Shown: piece by piece, positions 8,915 to 18,326 of the stretch
Layout: each line of letters starts with the position of its first letter
Position numbering within the stretch: position 1 is the stretch's first letter
Origin: Verrucomicrobiota bacterium
GTDB lineage: Bacteria; Verrucomicrobiota; Lentisphaeria; Lentisphaerales; Lentisphaeraceae
Direction: 5' to 3'
Assembly (NCBI GenBank): GCA_039798785.1
Contig: JBDKFG010000073.1
Coordinates: 1 to 29,676, forward strand
Length of the DNA stretch: 29,676 nucleotides
Position numbers and translations under genes: made by a program
The notes under the pieces: generated by a model
Databases searched by the model: none
What the model was told of the DNA's origin: nothing
Seen by the model: the letters and a program-made list of their open reading frames with translations, nothing else

Positions 8915-8951
8915 AAACCTGAACCCCGCCCTCCCCCGAAGGACACCAGCC

Positions 8952-10049
8952 TCAGATCAGCTCCGCCGCCACCTGATCGGCGAAAAGCAGGCCGCGGCGG
9001 GTCGGCTTCCAAGCTTCGGCAGTCTCTTCAAGCAAACCCTCGGCTTCGAGGCGGCGCAAGACCGGCAGCAGGAGGCTGAGGGCGTCGGTGCCATGGAGAT
9101 CGCGGAGGCGGCTCTTCGGCCAGCCGGAGGCGGTGCGGAAGCCGAAAGCGACGACTTCGGCGGCGCGCTTCTCCGGCGGCAAGGGATCCTCCTCCGGCGC
9201 CGCGCCTTGCAGCCAGGCTTGCAGGTCGGCCAGCTCGGTCCAGCGCCGTCTGCCATCGAAACTGGCGGCGGCAGGCCCGAGGCCGAGATAGCTCGCGCCG
9301 AGCCAGATGCCGAGGTTGTGGCGGCTCTCCTCTCCCGGCCGGGCATGGTTGGAGATTTCGTAGCGCCGCAAGCCGGCACGTCCGAGAACCTCGCCGGCCA
9401 AGGCGTCCATCTCCACCGCCAGGGCGTCGTCGACTTCGTCGAGCCGGGCGGCAAGCGGCGTGCCCTCTTCGAGAATGAGCGAGTAGGCGGAGATGTGCTC
9501 CAGGCCTTCCGCCAGGAGGGCGTCGAGATCGTGCTGGAAGTCGGCCAGAGTCTGGCCAGGGACGCCGTAGATCAGGTCGGCATTGAGTCGCTTGAATCCG
9601 GCGGCGCGGGCAAGAGCGAGCGCCTGCCGCAGCTCGCGGTCGCCGGTGCGCCGGCCGAGGACGCGGCGGGTCGAACGAGTGGTCGATTGGGCCCCGAAAC
9701 TGAGACGGTTCACTCCGGCATCCGCCAGCAGATCGATCTTCTCCGCCGTCACCGAACCGGGATTGCATTCCACCGTCCACTCGCAATCGGCGCGGCGGCG
9801 GGTGTTGAGATTCACCGCCGCCAACAGCAGCCGCAGCTGCTCCGGCGTCAGGGCCGAAGGAGTTCCGCCGCCGATGAAGATGCTGTCGAGATTCTGCAAT
9901 TCGGCTCCATGCCGCTGCAGATGCGAGCCCATCTTCTGCAAATAGGCGTCGCGCGTCGCATCACTATCGTCAACGACGCTGTACAGGGCGCAGTAGTCGC
10001 AAATATGGCGACAGAAAGGCACGTGAAGATAGAGAGATTGATAATCCAT
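8952..10049 (-). CDS. hemW: Radical SAM heme chaperone HemW (HemN-like)
   Basis: YLHVPFCRHICDYC (CxxxCxxC), IGGGTPS, ECNPG, NRLSFGAQS, DLIYGVPGQT, YEISN and HNLGIW. It lacks the HemN N-terminal extension. Start is ATG 10049, or GTG 10076. Confidence 0.85.
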   Translation of the reverse strand: MDYQSLYLHVPFCRHICDYCALYSVVDDSDATRDAYLQKMGSHLQRHGAELQNLDSIFIGGGTPSALTPEQLRLLLAAVNLNTRRRADCEWTVECNPGSVTAEKIDLLADAGVNRLSFGAQSTTRSTRRVLGRRTGDRELRQALALARAAGFKRLNADLIYGVPGQTLADFQHDLDALLAEGLEHISAYSLILEEGTPLAARLDEVDDALAVEMDALAGEVLGRAGLRRYEISNHARPGEESRHNLGIWLGASYLGLGPAAASFDGRRRWTELADLQAWLQGAAPEEDPLPPEKRAAEVVAFGFRTASGWPKSRLRDLHGTDALSLLLPVLRRLEAEGLLEETAEAWKPTRRGLLFADQVAAELI

Positions 10050-10088
10050 TGGGAATTCAAAGGCCGGGATTTTCACCCGGCCTCGGTC

Positions 10089-10433
10089 TTATTCTTTGAG
10101 AGTTTTGCGGTAAGCGTCTTCATCATCGAAGATATAGACTCTTTCACCATCGCGGCAGAATCCGAATTTCTCACGGGCGATACGTGTGCGGAGGCTGTCC
10201 GTACGACTTTTGTCGACGGCTTTCAGATGGGGATCCGTGACATCCCGTCCGAGGTCCGCGATCATGCCCTTGGCATTTGCCTCAAGACGCTCGTTGACAA
10301 GGAGCTCGGTGTTCACCTTATCGAGTTTGGCTTGGTGGCGCTGGCGCTCAAGCCAGAGCGGCGTTATGAAATAAAGGCCGGAGCCGGTGATGAGCATGAA
10401 GAACAGGAACACGATGACACGGTGCATGTGCAT
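10089..10433 (-). CDS. Septum formation initiator family protein (FtsB/DivIC-like)
   Basis: N-terminal transmembrane helix, a coiled coil, then RIAREKFGFCRDGERVYIF, matching the FtsB/DivIC 'AR..LG....GE' motif. Confidence 0.75.
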   Translation of the reverse strand: MHMHRVIVFLFFMLITGSGLYFITPLWLERQRHQAKLDKVNTELLVNERLEANAKGMIADLGRDVTDPHLKAVDKSRTDSLRTRIAREKFGFCRDGERVYIFDDEDAYRKTLKE

Positions 10434-10478
10434 GCCTTTTGTTGACAGAAAAAAATGATGAATGGGGGATCTTTTTCT

Positions 10479-10507
10479 AACATAGACATCGACTGCGCTG
10501 CATTCAA
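10479..10507 (-). promoter_or_regulatory. Candidate sigma70 promoter for the ftsB-like/hemW unit
   Basis: On the minus strand: TTGAAT, 17 bp spacer, TATGTT, about 45 nt upstream of the start codon in an AT-rich divergent intergenic region. Confidence 0.55.
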
Positions 10508-10606
10508 AGGGGATTTCGGATTATTTTCGGCCGTCGCGCATTTTTTTTCGCGGCGCGGCCGGGGCTTCCGGCCCTTGGAATTTCCTAGCTGCAAGGGAAT
10601 CGAGTC

Positions 10607-11206
10607 GTGGTCAAGCTATTGCTGCATCTCCTGGTTTTCGCCGCCGGCCTGCTAGCCAGCCTGGCCCTGGCGGCTTCGTTCCGCCAGCCCTCCCCGCAAC
10701 AGCTGGCGGCGGCGGCGGCGATCCTTGCAGGCACCTTGCTTTTCCTGCCGGTGAAACCGGGACCGCTGCATGTCTTCGCCCACGAAGGTGCCCACTGGCT
10801 GGTGGCGAAGCTCTTCCGGCGCCGCACCTCCGGCTTCTCCGTCGGCTGGCGCGGCGGCGCGGTGGAGGTGGAATCGCCGAACCTGTGGATCGCACTCGCC
10901 CCCTACATCCTCCCCCTCTGGGTGCTTTTGTGGATCCCTTGCAGACTTCTCGCGCATGACGACCTGACCCGCCTCGTCTGGATTGTGATCTTCGGCCTTC
11001 TCATCGGCCAGCACCTCGCCGCCACCTGGCGCTGCCTGGCCGCTGCGGCACAGCCGGACTTCAAGATCCACGGCCGCCTCGCCTCGGCCAATCTGGTGAC
11101 CAGCGGCATTCTGCATGGACTGCTCCTCGCCCTGTGCTACGCCGGCGGAGACGGTCTCCGCGCCGCCCGTCTGTGGTGGCAGGCACTGCAGAGCCTCCGC
11201 CTCTGA
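10607..11206 (+). CDS. M50-like membrane metallopeptidase
   Basis: HEGAH (HExxH) next to hydrophobic segments, GGAV, IALAPY and a downstream QPDF motif. Confidence 0.7.
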   Translation: MVKLLLHLLVFAAGLLASLALAASFRQPSPQQLAAAAAILAGTLLFLPVKPGPLHVFAHEGAHWLVAKLFRRRTSGFSVGWRGGAVEVESPNLWIALAPYILPLWVLLWIPCRLLAHDDLTRLVWIVIFGLLIGQHLAATWRCLAAAAQPDFKIHGRLASANLVTSGILHGLLLALCYAGGDGLRAARLWWQALQSLRL

Positions 11207-11219
11207 AGACCGCCGAGTC

Positions 11220-13073
11220 TCAACGTCCGCCTTGCCGCCGCAATTGATCGAGACGGGCAATGAACTCCTCTTCGCGCCGCACCTCGGCAGGAGCTCCGCC
11301 ATAGCGGATGCGGTAATGATAATCGATCAGATCGTCGAATTCCCCTCCTATCAGGCCCCTCGCTTTCAGTCGCACCAGATAATCGCGTCCGGTCTCCCCT
11401 TCCTGGCGAGGAGCCCCGAGCTGATGGAAGGTCTGGCAGAAGATCCGGTAGAATTCTCCCACGGGTGAATAGCCCGGCCTCTGCCGAAGCTCGCTCTGCA
11501 GTTCCCGCCGACGCCGGACGAATTCCGGGACCTTGAGAAAAATCGACAAGGCCGCGAGGAGGATCAGAATCAACCATGCGGCGCCCGGCGACCCCACCGC
11601 GGCGGAGCCAGCTTGCGGAGCTCCCACCGGCTCCTCTGCGGCCTCCTCCTCCAGGGACTCAGCACCGGCAGAAGGCGCGGCGGACGCCGGCTCTTGCAGG
11701 GCCACCGCCGGTGTCGGATCGATGCCGACCCATCCGTACTTCTCCAAGAAGATCTCGCACCAGGCATGGCGCTGATCAGTGAAAAAGCCGTACGAACCCT
11801 CGAGGTCATCGAATCGGCTCGATGGGTAGCCAATGGCGACACGAGCAGGGATCTTGAGGCTGCGGAGCATGAAGGTGAAAGTGCTGGCGAAGAGGGTGCA
11901 GTGCCCCCTTTTGCGTCGCAGAAAGAAGTCCTCGAGGGAATGACGGTGCTGGCTCAGTTCGTAGGAATAGTTCTCCTGCAGATGGCGCTGAAGAGCGGCG
12001 ATCTTCCCCGCCGGAGTCGACAGCGGTGCCGCCACGGCCTCGGCGGTGCGGCGGATCTCCTCGTAGACCGCTCCGCGCGGAATTTCGAGGCAAGCCGCCT
12101 CGGCGCGACCAGGGAGAACCGAATCCGGCGGGCATTGCGCATAGAAGACCGGGATCGACAAGGCTTGATAGACGAATCCCGCCGGCGGCGCCACGGGCAG
12201 CTTGAACGCCTGATTCTCGTCGCAATCGATTTGCGGCAGCCGCAGCCGCCTCAGTCCGGGCAGGACGGGCAGATGCGTCGCGCCGCCGGCCGCAAGGGTG
12301 ATTTCGTAGTTGAGAGGACGCGCGCCACGTCCCGAGCCGAAATTCACCCAGGAGTCGAGGGCGCCGTCATCGCCGTCCCGGATCCGGCGGGCAGAACGTG
12401 GCGGCGAGAACCACCGGCGTCCGTCGAAAGAGACGAAGGCGGTTTCTCGTAGATAATGAATCGCCCTCGGCGGCGGCGGGCCGTCGGGCAGGAATTTCAG
12501 CGTAGCGACGAGCTCCGGCACGGTCTCCGGCTCGGGGCTGTCGAGGCTGAGCGACCCGGGATCGAATTTCTTCGTCTCTGCCCGCCGCTCCTGGCGGCGG
12601 GCCTCCGTCTTCTGAGACTGCCGCTCCTTTACACTCTGTCTTGACTTCGAGGAAGCGGCCGGCGCTCCGCTTGCAACCAGCTGCGCCAGAGGCGGGCCGG
12701 CCAGCTGTGCCAGCCCGAGGGGCAGGAAGAGCAGCAGCAGCAAGGCAAGCAGTAGACGCGGACGGAATCGCTTCAGCAGCTCCGAATGCTGCAGCAGCCA
12801 GCAGAGAACCAAGACCGCCAAGGCGAGAAAGGCTGTGAAGTGCCGGGATTGCAGAGCCACCCAGAGCCCGAACAACCCCGAAATCAAGAAGCCGATCCTC
12901 CAGGCCGCAAACCTCTTCGGCTCCCGCCAGCAGCAGGCGAAGGCGAAGACGTGAAATCCGGCATTGGCACCTGCGAGGACGATGTCGAGGCCTGACGACG
13001 AACGCAAGGCCAGGACCAGCAGGATGTCGACGACGAGCAGCACGGCCAGAATGCGTGTGGCGGCGCCGTTCAC
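11220..13073 (-). CDS. Membrane-anchored transglutaminase-like (TgpA-type) protein
   Basis: Several N-terminal transmembrane helices and the catalytic triad motifs GHCTLFAS, HAWCEI and WVGIDPT, plus a C-terminal transmembrane helix. GTG 13073 overlaps the upstream TGA (GTGA). Confidence 0.85.
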   Translation of the reverse strand: MNGAATRILAVLLVVDILLVLALRSSSGLDIVLAGANAGFHVFAFACCWREPKRFAAWRIGFLISGLFGLWVALQSRHFTAFLALAVLVLCWLLQHSELLKRFRPRLLLALLLLLFLPLGLAQLAGPPLAQLVASGAPAASSKSRQSVKERQSQKTEARRQERRAETKKFDPGSLSLDSPEPETVPELVATLKFLPDGPPPPRAIHYLRETAFVSFDGRRWFSPPRSARRIRDGDDGALDSWVNFGSGRGARPLNYEITLAAGGATHLPVLPGLRRLRLPQIDCDENQAFKLPVAPPAGFVYQALSIPVFYAQCPPDSVLPGRAEAACLEIPRGAVYEEIRRTAEAVAAPLSTPAGKIAALQRHLQENYSYELSQHRHSLEDFFLRRKRGHCTLFASTFTFMLRSLKIPARVAIGYPSSRFDDLEGSYGFFTDQRHAWCEIFLEKYGWVGIDPTPAVALQEPASAAPSAGAESLEEEAAEEPVGAPQAGSAAVGSPGAAWLILILLAALSIFLKVPEFVRRRRELQSELRQRPGYSPVGEFYRIFCQTFHQLGAPRQEGETGRDYLVRLKARGLIGGEFDDLIDYHYRIRYGGAPAEVRREEEFIARLDQLRRQGGR

Positions 13074-14248
13074 GAGAGTTCTTCCGCATGTTCGAGGCGG
13101 GTGCGGGCAAGGTGCTGCCGCCGCTCGGCGATGTGATGCATCGCCTCGGCGATCGAGACCCGGCCATCGAGACAGATGAAGGCCTGGTGATCGCCGAGCT
13201 GCGGCCGCCAAAGCTTGACCGGGGCATTGCTGACGATGATGACGCGGCGGTCCTCGCTTTCGAGCCCTTCGAGGGCTGAGCGAAGCCCCTCCAGATCCCG
13301 GGAGGGCCTGATCTCCGCGTGAGCGAGGCTTTCGAGCGCCCGGTGCACGTCCTCTTCGGCGGCGCTGATCGGCAGGGGCTCCCAAGCCTCGAAATCCGCC
13401 AGGAAGGTGGCCTCGCTGCCGTTCTCCTGCAGATGCAGGAAGATGCCGGCAAGCAATCGCAGGGCGAGCTCGGCACGCGTCGGCTGTGGCTGCTCCGGCC
13501 CCTGGTAGGAGAAGAACAGCAGCGTCAGCCGCTCGGGTGAAGCCGGCTCGAACTCACGGACCACAAGTCGCTGATGACGGACGGAGAGCGGCCAGTGAAT
13601 CAGCCGCAGCGCATCCCCGGGAGCGAACTCGCGAAGGGCTTTGAATTCCGACTGGCTGCTGTTCCAGCTGCGGCCGTCGCCATCCCCCTGTCCGACCGCC
13701 AGCAGATCGTCGAGATCAGGCGGCAGCGCCGGCTCGGGATAAGCTATCAGCGGCGACTCGAGCCCGCATTCGCTTTGGAACTGGAAAAGCCCAAATGGGA
13801 AGGAGCTCGACAAGCGCAGCTTGAAAGCGCCATAAGCGCCGCGCTTGACCAGCAGAGCGGCGCCCTTGACCTGCGCCCGACCGAAAGAGGGAACCTCGTC
13901 CAGCCGCAAGGCTCTTTCCTCGCCATGGCGGAAACTGGCATCAAGCAGCTCGTCCTCGACCACGAGCTCGTAGCTCGGCGCCCCCTTGCCGTTGGCAATT
14001 TCGAGCGAGAATATGAAGGCCTCGCCGCAGAAAAGCCGCGAGGGGACGGCGCGCCTGATCGACAGGGAGGCGCCATTCCGCCAGGCCTGGAAGGCGCAGA
14101 AGGCGAGCAGGAAAAGCAGGCACAGCGCCATCTGGAGCAAGACCTGATCCCGCCACGACAAGGCACCCGCCAGCAGCCCCAGAGCCAGGAGAAGCAGGCC
14201 CTGGCCGCGCCGGGCGATCCCGAAGCGCCCTCCAGGGAGAGGACTCAT
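13070..14248 (-). CDS. DUF58 domain protein
   Basis: RGAY..SSFPFGLF, YP, EFKALREFAPGDALRLIHWPLSVRHQRLVVREFE. ATG 14248 overlaps the moxR stop (ATGA). Confidence 0.88.
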   Translation of the reverse strand: MSPLPGGRFGIARRGQGLLLLALGLLAGALSWRDQVLLQMALCLLFLLAFCAFQAWRNGASLSIRRAVPSRLFCGEAFIFSLEIANGKGAPSYELVVEDELLDASFRHGEERALRLDEVPSFGRAQVKGAALLVKRGAYGAFKLRLSSSFPFGLFQFQSECGLESPLIAYPEPALPPDLDDLLAVGQGDGDGRSWNSSQSEFKALREFAPGDALRLIHWPLSVRHQRLVVREFEPASPERLTLLFFSYQGPEQPQPTRAELALRLLAGIFLHLQENGSEATFLADFEAWEPLPISAAEEDVHRALESLAHAEIRPSRDLEGLRSALEGLESEDRRVIIVSNAPVKLWRPQLGDHQAFICLDGRVSIAEAMHHIAERRQHLARTRLEHAEELS

Positions 14249-15192
14249 GGGACCGGCACGCTCTCGAGAAGCGCCAGGACCTGCTCGGCGACGGCGCCGT
14301 TCTTCTTCAGCCGATGCTTCAGGCTCAAGCGATGGGTGAAGACGGCCGGCAGCAGCGCCTGGATGTCGTCGGGGTAGGCGGCCTGGCGCTTGTCGAGCCA
14401 GGCGCGGGCCTGGGCCGCCCGCATCAAGGCCAGGGAGCCACGTGCCGAAATCCCTTCGTGAAAGGCTTCGCAATGATGGGTCGCGTCGGTGAGGGCGGCG
14501 ATGTAGCGGAGCAGATCGGGAGCGAGCTTCACCTGGGCGGCCTCCGCCTGGGCGCGGCGGACCTCGTCGATGCTGGCGACGGGACTGGCCGGCGGGCTCG
14601 CCTCGCAGCTCTTCAGGTGCAGACTGAGGATCTCGGCCTGAGTGTGGAGCGCCGGCCTCTCCATTTCGAAGGACAGCAGGAAGCGGTCGAGCTGCGAATC
14701 GGGCAGCGGGAAAGTGCCGCTCGAATAAGGGTGATTCTGGGTGGCGATGACGAAGAAGGGCGCGTTGAGCGGGTAGGTCTTGCCGTCAATGCTGACCTGG
14801 GCCTCGTTCATCGCCTCCAGCAAGGCGCTCTGGATGCGAGGCGTGGTCCGGTTGATCTCGTCGGCGAGAAGGATGTGGGTGAAGACCGGCCCCTGATGGA
14901 ACTCGAACTCGCCGCTGCGCTGATTGTAGAGCGAGTAGCCGAGGATGTCCGCCGGCAGCAGATCGGGGGTGAACTGTATCCTCTTGAACTTTCCCTCGAT
15001 CGATTGGGCCAGGACCTTGGCCAGTGAAGTCTTCCCCATTCCGGGAGCCCCCTGTATCAACGTATGTCCGCCCGCCACCAGGGAGGTAAGCAGGAGTTCG
15101 ACCTGCGCCTCACAGCCGAGAACCGCGCCGTTCATCGCCGCGCGGAGGGATTGAATCGCCTGATACATGTCTAGCCCCGGGTTGGAAGTCAT
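14245..15192 (-). CDS. MoxR family AAA+ ATPase
   Basis: Walker A GAPGMGKT, RIQFTPDLLPADILG, LADEINRTTPRIQSALLEAM, ATQN, GTFPLPDSQLDRF. Confidence 0.95.
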   Translation of the reverse strand: MTSNPGLDMYQAIQSLRAAMNGAVLGCEAQVELLLTSLVAGGHTLIQGAPGMGKTSLAKVLAQSIEGKFKRIQFTPDLLPADILGYSLYNQRSGEFEFHQGPVFTHILLADEINRTTPRIQSALLEAMNEAQVSIDGKTYPLNAPFFVIATQNHPYSSGTFPLPDSQLDRFLLSFEMERPALHTQAEILSLHLKSCEASPPASPVASIDEVRRAQAEAAQVKLAPDLLRYIAALTDATHHCEAFHEGISARGSLALMRAAQARAWLDKRQAAYPDDIQALLPAVFTHRLSLKHRLKKNGAVAEQVLALLESVPVP

Positions 15193-15471
15193 TGCCTCGC
15201 GGCTGGCTGCCGCAGATCATGACGCTAACTCCGCCGCCGCACCCCGCAAGAGGCGCAAGCACCCGAATGAATGACGATATACATTGGACCTCTGCAGTCC
15301 CCCGCAACCTCCCCATACGACTACCTGCGGAGTTCTCTGCCTCGGGCTTGTCGCTCCCAATCCGTCGACGGCGGCTGGCGGACGAAACCGACCGTCCTCG
15401 GCAGTTTTTACGCGCCGCTGATTTTTCTTGATCGCCGACTCTGGCATCTGACCCGCAAGCTGCTTTGAGCG

Positions 15472-16836
15472 TCAGGGCAGCTTGCGCTCGGCGTCGCGGC
15501 CGATGACATCCATTTCGTGCTTGCGACGGAGGTTGTCGCGGTAGTTTTTCCCGACCAGGGCGCGGGGTGCGGGGTTGGTCTGGTTCCACTCCTCGAGAAG
15601 CTTCTCGAGTCGGGCGCGATCCTCGGGGCGGGCGGTGGCGAGATCCCGAGTCTGGCCGGGGTCGCTGGCGAGGTCGAAGAGGGTGACGGCGTGGACCTTG
15701 CCGTCCTCCTCGAAGGTCTTGATCAGCATCAGGTCGAGGTCGCGCACTGCCTGGACATTGGAGAAGCGCCAGAAGAGATTGCGGTGGGGACGCGCGGGGT
15801 TTTCGCCCTTGAGGAAGGGCAGGAGGTTGACGCCGTCGGTGGGCTGTTTCGGGCTTTGGCCGGCGGCGCCTAGGAAGGTGGGGATGAAGTCGAGGGCGCT
15901 GACCGCCTTGTCGTATATGCCGGGCTTGAGAGTGCCGGGCCAGGAGACGATGAAGGGAATGCGCTGGCCGCCTTCCCAGTAGGATCCTTTCATGCCGCGC
16001 CAGGCGCCGTTGTCGGAGCTGTTGATGGTGGCGCCGCCGTTGTCGGAGAGGAAGACGATGAGAGTGTCCTCAGCCATGCCTTCCTTGTCGAGAAAGTCCA
16101 GCCACTGGCCGACCTCCTCGTCGAGAGAGGCGACCATCGCGGCATAGTTGCGACGCCCCTTGGCGGCGATGCCTTCGTACTGCTTGAAGAGATCCGGACG
16201 GGGCTCAAGAGGTGTGTGAGGCGTGGTGTAGGACATGTAGAGGAAGAAGGCCTTGCCGGGCGGGCGCGCCTTCACCATCCGCATCCCTTCCTCGGTCATG
16301 AAGTCGGTAAGGTAGGTCCAGCCCTCGAGTTCGACATCTTGACCGTCGCGCGTCATCCGCTGGCCCTTGCCGGTCTTGGCGCTGGGGAAGTAGGAGCGGC
16401 CGCCGCCGGCGAGGCCGGTGAAGTGATCGAAACCCATCTTCATGGGCTCCGGCCCCATGTGCCATTTGCCGACACCGAGGCTCTCGTAGCCGGCATCCCG
16501 CATCGCGTGTGCGATGGTCTTGGACTCGGGAAGGAGCATGTCGCCGTTGTCGTCGAAACCCTGGCGTGCGGGAGCCAGGCCGGTGAGCAGTCCGCAACGA
16601 GACGGGGCGCAGACGCTGGCGGCGACGTGGCCATCGCTGCAGAAGATGCCGCGCCTGGCCAGACGGTCGATGTTGGGAGTCTTGATGTCCTTGCATCCGG
16701 TGATGCCGAGGTCACCGTAGCCGAGGTCGTCGGCCAGGATCACCAGGACGTTGGGGGCGGGCGGCGGCGCAGGCTTGAGCTCTTCGGCGGCGAGCAGCAA
16801 AGAACAGGAAAGAGAGCAGAAGAAAATCTTGAACAT
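15472..16836 (-). CDS. Formylglycine-dependent (Cys-type) sulfatase with signal peptide
   Basis: PNVLVILADDLGYGD, TPNID, CAPSRCGLLTG (CxPxR), GKWHMG, PHTP, FLSDNGG, KGSYWEGGQRIPF. Confidence 0.95.
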   Translation of the reverse strand: MFKIFFCSLSCSLLLAAEELKPAPPPAPNVLVILADDLGYGDLGITGCKDIKTPNIDRLARRGIFCSDGHVAASVCAPSRCGLLTGLAPARQGFDDNGDMLLPESKTIAHAMRDAGYESLGVGKWHMGPEPMKMGFDHFTGLAGGGRSYFPSAKTGKGQRMTRDGQDVELEGWTYLTDFMTEEGMRMVKARPPGKAFFLYMSYTTPHTPLEPRPDLFKQYEGIAAKGRRNYAAMVASLDEEVGQWLDFLDKEGMAEDTLIVFLSDNGGATINSSDNGAWRGMKGSYWEGGQRIPFIVSWPGTLKPGIYDKAVSALDFIPTFLGAAGQSPKQPTDGVNLLPFLKGENPARPHRNLFWRFSNVQAVRDLDLMLIKTFEEDGKVHAVTLFDLASDPGQTRDLATARPEDRARLEKLLEEWNQTNPAPRALVGKNYRDNLRRKHEMDVIGRDAERKLP

Positions 16837-16949
16837 GGCGGGATCCTCAGGGGTTCATGCCGAGTCACGGCGTCATCGTGAAATGAAGCGGCAGGCGGGG
16901 CAAGATACAGAGAAGCCCGATCTTTCACCCTCGGACACGGCGAAAATGA

Positions 16950-16977
16950 TTGACTTCCTCGGCGGCGACACTAGCTT
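16950..16977 (+). promoter_or_regulatory. Candidate sigma70 promoter directly before the sigma-factor start codon
   Basis: TTGACT (16950-16955), 16 bp spacer, TAGCTT (16972-16977). The ATG follows 9 nt later. Confidence 0.45.
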
Positions 16978-16986
16978 CATTGACCT

Positions 16987-18156
16987 ATGCCATCGTATCA
17001 AACAGAATCCGGACGCGGCGACATCGTCGGCGTCTACCTCCGTCAAGTCGGCGACATCCCCCGTCTTTCGACAGAAGAGGAATTGCATTGGGCCCGCGAC
17101 TTCGTCTCCAGCCGCGACCAAGTCTTGCATGTCGCCGCCTCGCACCCCGATCTTTTCCGGACTCTGCTGCGCCGGCGCCTCGATGCGGGCGAAATGCGGC
17201 TGAGCGCCGGCATCGAGCAGCTTCTTGCCGCTCTCGACCAGGCCTGCGATGCGCAAACCAAGCTGAAAGCCGAAGGCTCGGAGGAATGGGATCGCCTGCT
17301 GCCCCTGATCGAAGGCCGGGTCTTCGAAGCCGCCGCCTTCTGCCGCTTCGGCGCCGAGCTGCTCGCCGCAGTGATCGAAATGATCCGTCCTAGCGCCCCG
17401 GAGCAGATCAAGTCGGCCCAGAAGTCGCTGCAGCAGATGGAATCAGCCTCACGAGCCATGGTCGAGGGCAACCTGCGCCTCGTGGTCTCGATCGCCCGCC
17501 GCTACAGCCGCTCCCAGGAGCACTTCCTCGACCTGATCCAGGAAGGCAACATGGGGCTCCTCGCCGCCGTCGAACGCTTCGATCCGGCCCTCGGATACAA
17601 CTTCTCGACCTACGCCACCTGGTGGATCCGCCAGTCCGTCGGCCGCGCCCGTCAACAGGTCGGACGCACCGTCCGCCTCCCGTCCAACATGATCGCCCAG
17701 ATCTCCCTCGTCCGCAAGGCGGAACGCCGGCTGGTCATGGCCAACGGCCACGAACCCAGCGACGAAGAAGTTTCGGCCGAGTGCGGCCTCAGCGTCGCCA
17801 AGGTCCGCGCCCTCAGCCGGATGGCTCAGCAGACGGTGTCCCTGCAAGCCGCCGACGAGGACAAGTCCGAATTCGGCAGCTTCGTACCCGACGACTCCGC
17901 CGACTCTCCCGACGAAGTGGCTGAACGCTCCTTCCTGCGCCAGAGCCTGAACGAGACCCTGAGCGCTCTCAGCGAGCGCGAGCGACTCATCCTGCGCCTC
18001 CGATTCGGCATGGAAGACGGCCAGTACCACACCCTGGAAGACGTCGGCGCCCGCTTCGGCATCAGCCGGGAACGCATACGCCAGCTCGAAACCACGGCAC
18101 TCGACAAGATGCGCTCCCCCGAACAGGCCCACCGCCTTGGCATGGAAAGCCGCTGA
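16987..18156 (+). CDS. RNA polymerase sigma-70 factor, RpoD/RpoS-like, without region 1.1
   Basis: Region 1.2 VYLRQVGDIPRLSTEEE; region 2 NLRLVVSIARRY..DLIQEGNMGL..FSTYATWWIRQ; region 4 TLEDVGARFGISRERIRQLE. Confidence 0.93.
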   Translation: MPSYQTESGRGDIVGVYLRQVGDIPRLSTEEELHWARDFVSSRDQVLHVAASHPDLFRTLLRRRLDAGEMRLSAGIEQLLAALDQACDAQTKLKAEGSEEWDRLLPLIEGRVFEAAAFCRFGAELLAAVIEMIRPSAPEQIKSAQKSLQQMESASRAMVEGNLRLVVSIARRYSRSQEHFLDLIQEGNMGLLAAVERFDPALGYNFSTYATWWIRQSVGRARQQVGRTVRLPSNMIAQISLVRKAERRLVMANGHEPSDEEVSAECGLSVAKVRALSRMAQQTVSLQAADEDKSEFGSFVPDDSADSPDEVAERSFLRQSLNETLSALSERERLILRLRFGMEDGQYHTLEDVGARFGISRERIRQLETTALDKMRSPEQAHRLGMESR

Positions 18157-18326
18157 CCCTCGTCCGTCCCTCCCGACGATGAGAAAATCCTCGAAAAACC
18201 GACGAAATCGCGCCGCCCCCGTCGGCGAGACTGAAATATTCTCATTTCCGCCGCGTAATACTTGTTCATAAAGGGGGCGAGCCGCTGCGGCCGCCCCGGC
18301 AAACTGACAGGTTTCAAGGAGTGCTC

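Noticed and set aside
15221..15340. Integron attC site (AAC...GTT inverted ends)
   Set aside because: The ends do not fit RYYYAAC/GTTRRRY together on either strand. It is a single copy with no integrase or cassette array.
15372..15400. Hammerhead ribozyme (GGACGAAAC...GTC)
   Set aside because: The required CUGANGA core and a stem II partner are absent.
18228..18246. Fur-box-like site (ATTCTCATT) upstream of the T2SS
   Set aside because: Only one half-site matches and the palindrome is poor.
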